Part shown: positions 62,070 to 64,000 of the stretch, piece by piece
How positions within the stretch are numbered: the stretch's first letter is position 1
Layout: each line of letters starts with the position of its first letter
Assembly (NCBI GenBank): GCA_963744145.1
Contig: CAVUSO010000001.1
Coordinates: forward strand, 5,728,001-5,792,000
Reading direction: 5' to 3'
DNA from: an uncultured cyanobacterium
GTDB lineage: Bacteria > Cyanobacteriota > Cyanobacteriia > Cyanobacteriales > CAWUOF01
DNA: 64,000 nucleotides
Notes under the pieces: model-generated
Told to the model about the DNA's origin: nothing
Databases searched by the model: none
The model's input: only the letters and a program-made list of their open reading frames with translations
Made by a program: the position numbers and the translations under genes

Positions 62070-64000
62070 CCCACATTCCGCACCCTGAACTGTCACAATT
62101 CGTAATTACTGAAATAAACCTCTATCAAAGCTGAAATTTTGGCCCACTATCGTCAAAAAAGAGGTTTTTAAACCTTGATGGTCAGGTCATCAATCTCTAG
62201 TTTATTAATAATTATTAGCAATAAGTAGAAAATGAGGATTTCGGCCCGTTTTTTCAATAAATTTTGGTGTTGACTAGCTCTCTTAACTCAGTTTTGTTAG
62301 TTAATAACTGAACAATCTCTAGTTAAGATAGGTTAATTCTTAGCTCTTAATTAAATTCAAGAACTCATTCAAGCTAAATATATTTATGCTATATTAGCAA
62401 GAGGATTAAGTGATAAATTTATAGTAGCGCCGACAATCTTCTGGTAGCAGGGTCAGGATAAATTCACGTTCATTACTCCAATTAGATACTTGTTGTTGTT
62501 GTTGAAATGTGACCAGGTGAATTGCTTGAAAGCATTGAAATATCCATTTAGCTGTTGGACGGTCTGTTGCTTTCCCTAACTGATTTTTTATGGTTGATTT
62601 TGCTGCTGATAAAGCGGCTCGTATTTGTCTTTGTGCTAGGGTATAAACCAGTAAACCTAGCCCCATAATTGCTGCTAATGATTCGATGCGTTCGGGACTT
62701 TTCAGATAAACACTATCTGCAAAAAATGTGGGATCTTTAAGAAAACCAAATCCTCTTTCACAGGATTGCTGTGCCTTATACTCAGTCAGCATTGCCTCAT
62801 TACTAATTTCGCTTTCTGCTAAAACGTTCGTCGCAATTATGAATCTACCTGCACTGTTAGTTTCTTGTTCAATTTGGCTTTTATCCTCGGTAAAACTGCC
62901 GAGAATTTGATAACACTTTTTTTGACTTTTATCTAATTTATCTGGTCTGATTTCCCTGACTTCTTTTGGTTCAATTTGATGATATTTAAAGGATTTCGAT
63001 AGGTGAGTTAATGCCTTGACTGCATCAGCTTTACAGGCAAATCTATCTTGGGATAATTTTCCTAATTCGCTGTTCAGTTTGGTGGCGGATTTACTAATTT
63101 TCTGTGATAATTTCCGTAAATCTGATTCTCTTCTTTCTTGACTTTCCACAACTAGCCATCTTTGCTTTATCCCACCATAAGTCTGCTCTTTTGCCGCCCA
63201 TGAATATCCAACTAATTTGCTTTTAGTAAATTCTGAATCTGGCAAATTTGCTACTAATTCTTGGGCTAATTTTATCTTTAACGGTACTCGGCTTAACCAC
63301 TTAATTTCCGACATTAATTTGAGATTATCTTCTGTATATAAGGCACAATCAGCTACGATTAAACTATCTACTTTTATTTGATTTTTATAATCAATTGCTA
63401 TCTTCGCAAAGCATGATGAGTCGGCTTGATTTCCTGACGCTGCTTTTAAAAATATTGGGATATCTCCATCCCCGGTACATACTAATTCTATTAAAAATTG
63501 TTTTAAATCAGGTCTATGGTCACGGGAATAACCGTAATTTATTTTGATTGGTTGTCGCGATTTTATTTGGGGCTCTCCTTGGTCTGACAATTCTGGCTGA
63601 CTAAATATTATCTCTGGTAATTCTTGATGATATTCCCCATGTACGTGAATTGACGATGAGTCTAGATGGGATGTATTTAAAGATATATCAAACTTTTTAA
63701 CTGCATTTAAAGTAATTGCTAAAAATATTGTATCCAGTCCTTTACTATATAGTTTATCCATCACTCTTCCCAGTTTATCGTCATTTAAATATTCGGGCTT
63801 TACCCCGGCTCCTATTAAATGTTCACAGGGAATTGATTCAAAAAATTTCGGAAACATATATAATGGTTTAGAAATAAATCCTAACCCATTGATAATCATT
63901 GCTTTAACTGCTTGTCCAGCAGTAACTTTTTCTCCCGATTCTATCCCGATTAAATTATTAATTATTTCTACTATTCCAATCGTATCTACTATTCCTGCTA
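62070..64000 (-). mobile_element. IS1634-family element (partial, runs off window)
   Basis: S8 coding sequence breaks at CCCACATTCCGCAC (probable IS end, boundary approximate); transposase follows. Confidence 0.75.
62406..64000 (-). CDS. IS1634-family transposase (5' end outside window)
   Basis: LNDDKLGR..D, HLDSSS, YGYSRDHRPDLKQ, GNQAD, VADCALY, YK.Q...ERGF.FLK. Confidence 0.9.
   Translation of the reverse strand, partial: AGIVDTIGIVEIINNLIGIESGEKVTAGQAVKAMIINGLGFISKPLYMFPKFFESIPCEHLIGAGVKPEYLNDDKLGRVMDKLYSKGLDTIFLAITLNAVKKFDISLNTSHLDSSSIHVHGEYHQELPEIIFSQPELSDQGEPQIKSRQPIKINYGYSRDHRPDLKQFLIELVCTGDGDIPIFLKAASGNQADSSCFAKIAIDYKNQIKVDSLIVADCALYTEDNLKLMSEIKWLSRVPLKIKLAQELVANLPDSEFTKSKLVGYSWAAKEQTYGGIKQRWLVVESQERRESDLRKLSQKISKSATKLNSELGKLSQDRFACKADAVKALTHLSKSFKYHQIEPKEVREIRPDKLDKSQKKCYQILGSFTEDKSQIEQETNSAGRFIIATNVLAESEISNEAMLTEYKAQQSCERGFGFLKDPTFFADSVYLKSPERIESLAAIMGLGLLVYTLAQRQIRAALSAAKSTIKNQLGKATDRPTAKWIFQCFQAIHLVTFQQQQQVSNWSNEREFILTLLPEDCRRYYKFIT

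Larger units (their letters stand above)
58008..62088 (+). pseudogene. S8 subtilisin-like protease with beta-propeller lectin-like repeats, interrupted by an IS and truncated by a second IS
   Basis: DIDTG, HGT, AAGN, GTS; repeats [20 protein letters not shown]; frame restored across 59896-61470. Confidence 0.85.

Noticed and set aside
61456..62088. Independent 210-aa gene
   Set aside because: It is the continuation of the S8 gene; its GTG start lies in the IS terminal repeat
398..62910. Many short antisense or alternate-frame ORFs inside long genes (e.g. 398..715, 9824..10084, 27127..27450, 30600..30953, 52301..52630)
   Set aside because: Shadow ORFs overlapping well-supported genes, with no motifs or RBS

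Overview
AT-rich cyanobacterial chromosome segment with abundant HIP1 sites (GCGATCGC); gene content suggests a filamentous Oscillatoriales-like strain (inference). Housekeeping genes (gshA, trmL, LysM-M23, desA, thrC, ftsH, ftrV, SPFH/NfeD, two rbp genes) alternate with accessory regions. (1) A defence island at ~6.8-16.4 kb: complete Wadjet jetABCD, an orphan antitoxin-like gene, and a PstI/BsuBI-type endonuclease paired with a C5 methyltransferase. (2) A 7 x 118-bp tandem array of a REP-hairpin unit after ftsH. (3) An Lgt paralogue plus a radical SAM enzyme with the architecture of archaeal tetraether synthase (Tes/GDGT-MAS), with a small membrane protein ending in a lipobox-like LLNGGC nearby. 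This is the best candidate for an undescribed system. (4) A taurine/sulfonate uptake locus (tauC-A-B-D) and a divergent frameshifted porin that share a 26-bp operator-like motif. (5) A decaying region at 52.7-64 kb: a ~250-bp direct duplication bracketing a 3-kb insert, several pseudogenes, and an S8 protease/beta-propeller gene hit by two IS elements. No tRNA, rRNA or CRISPR array was recognised. All family assignments come from motif recognition, not database searches.
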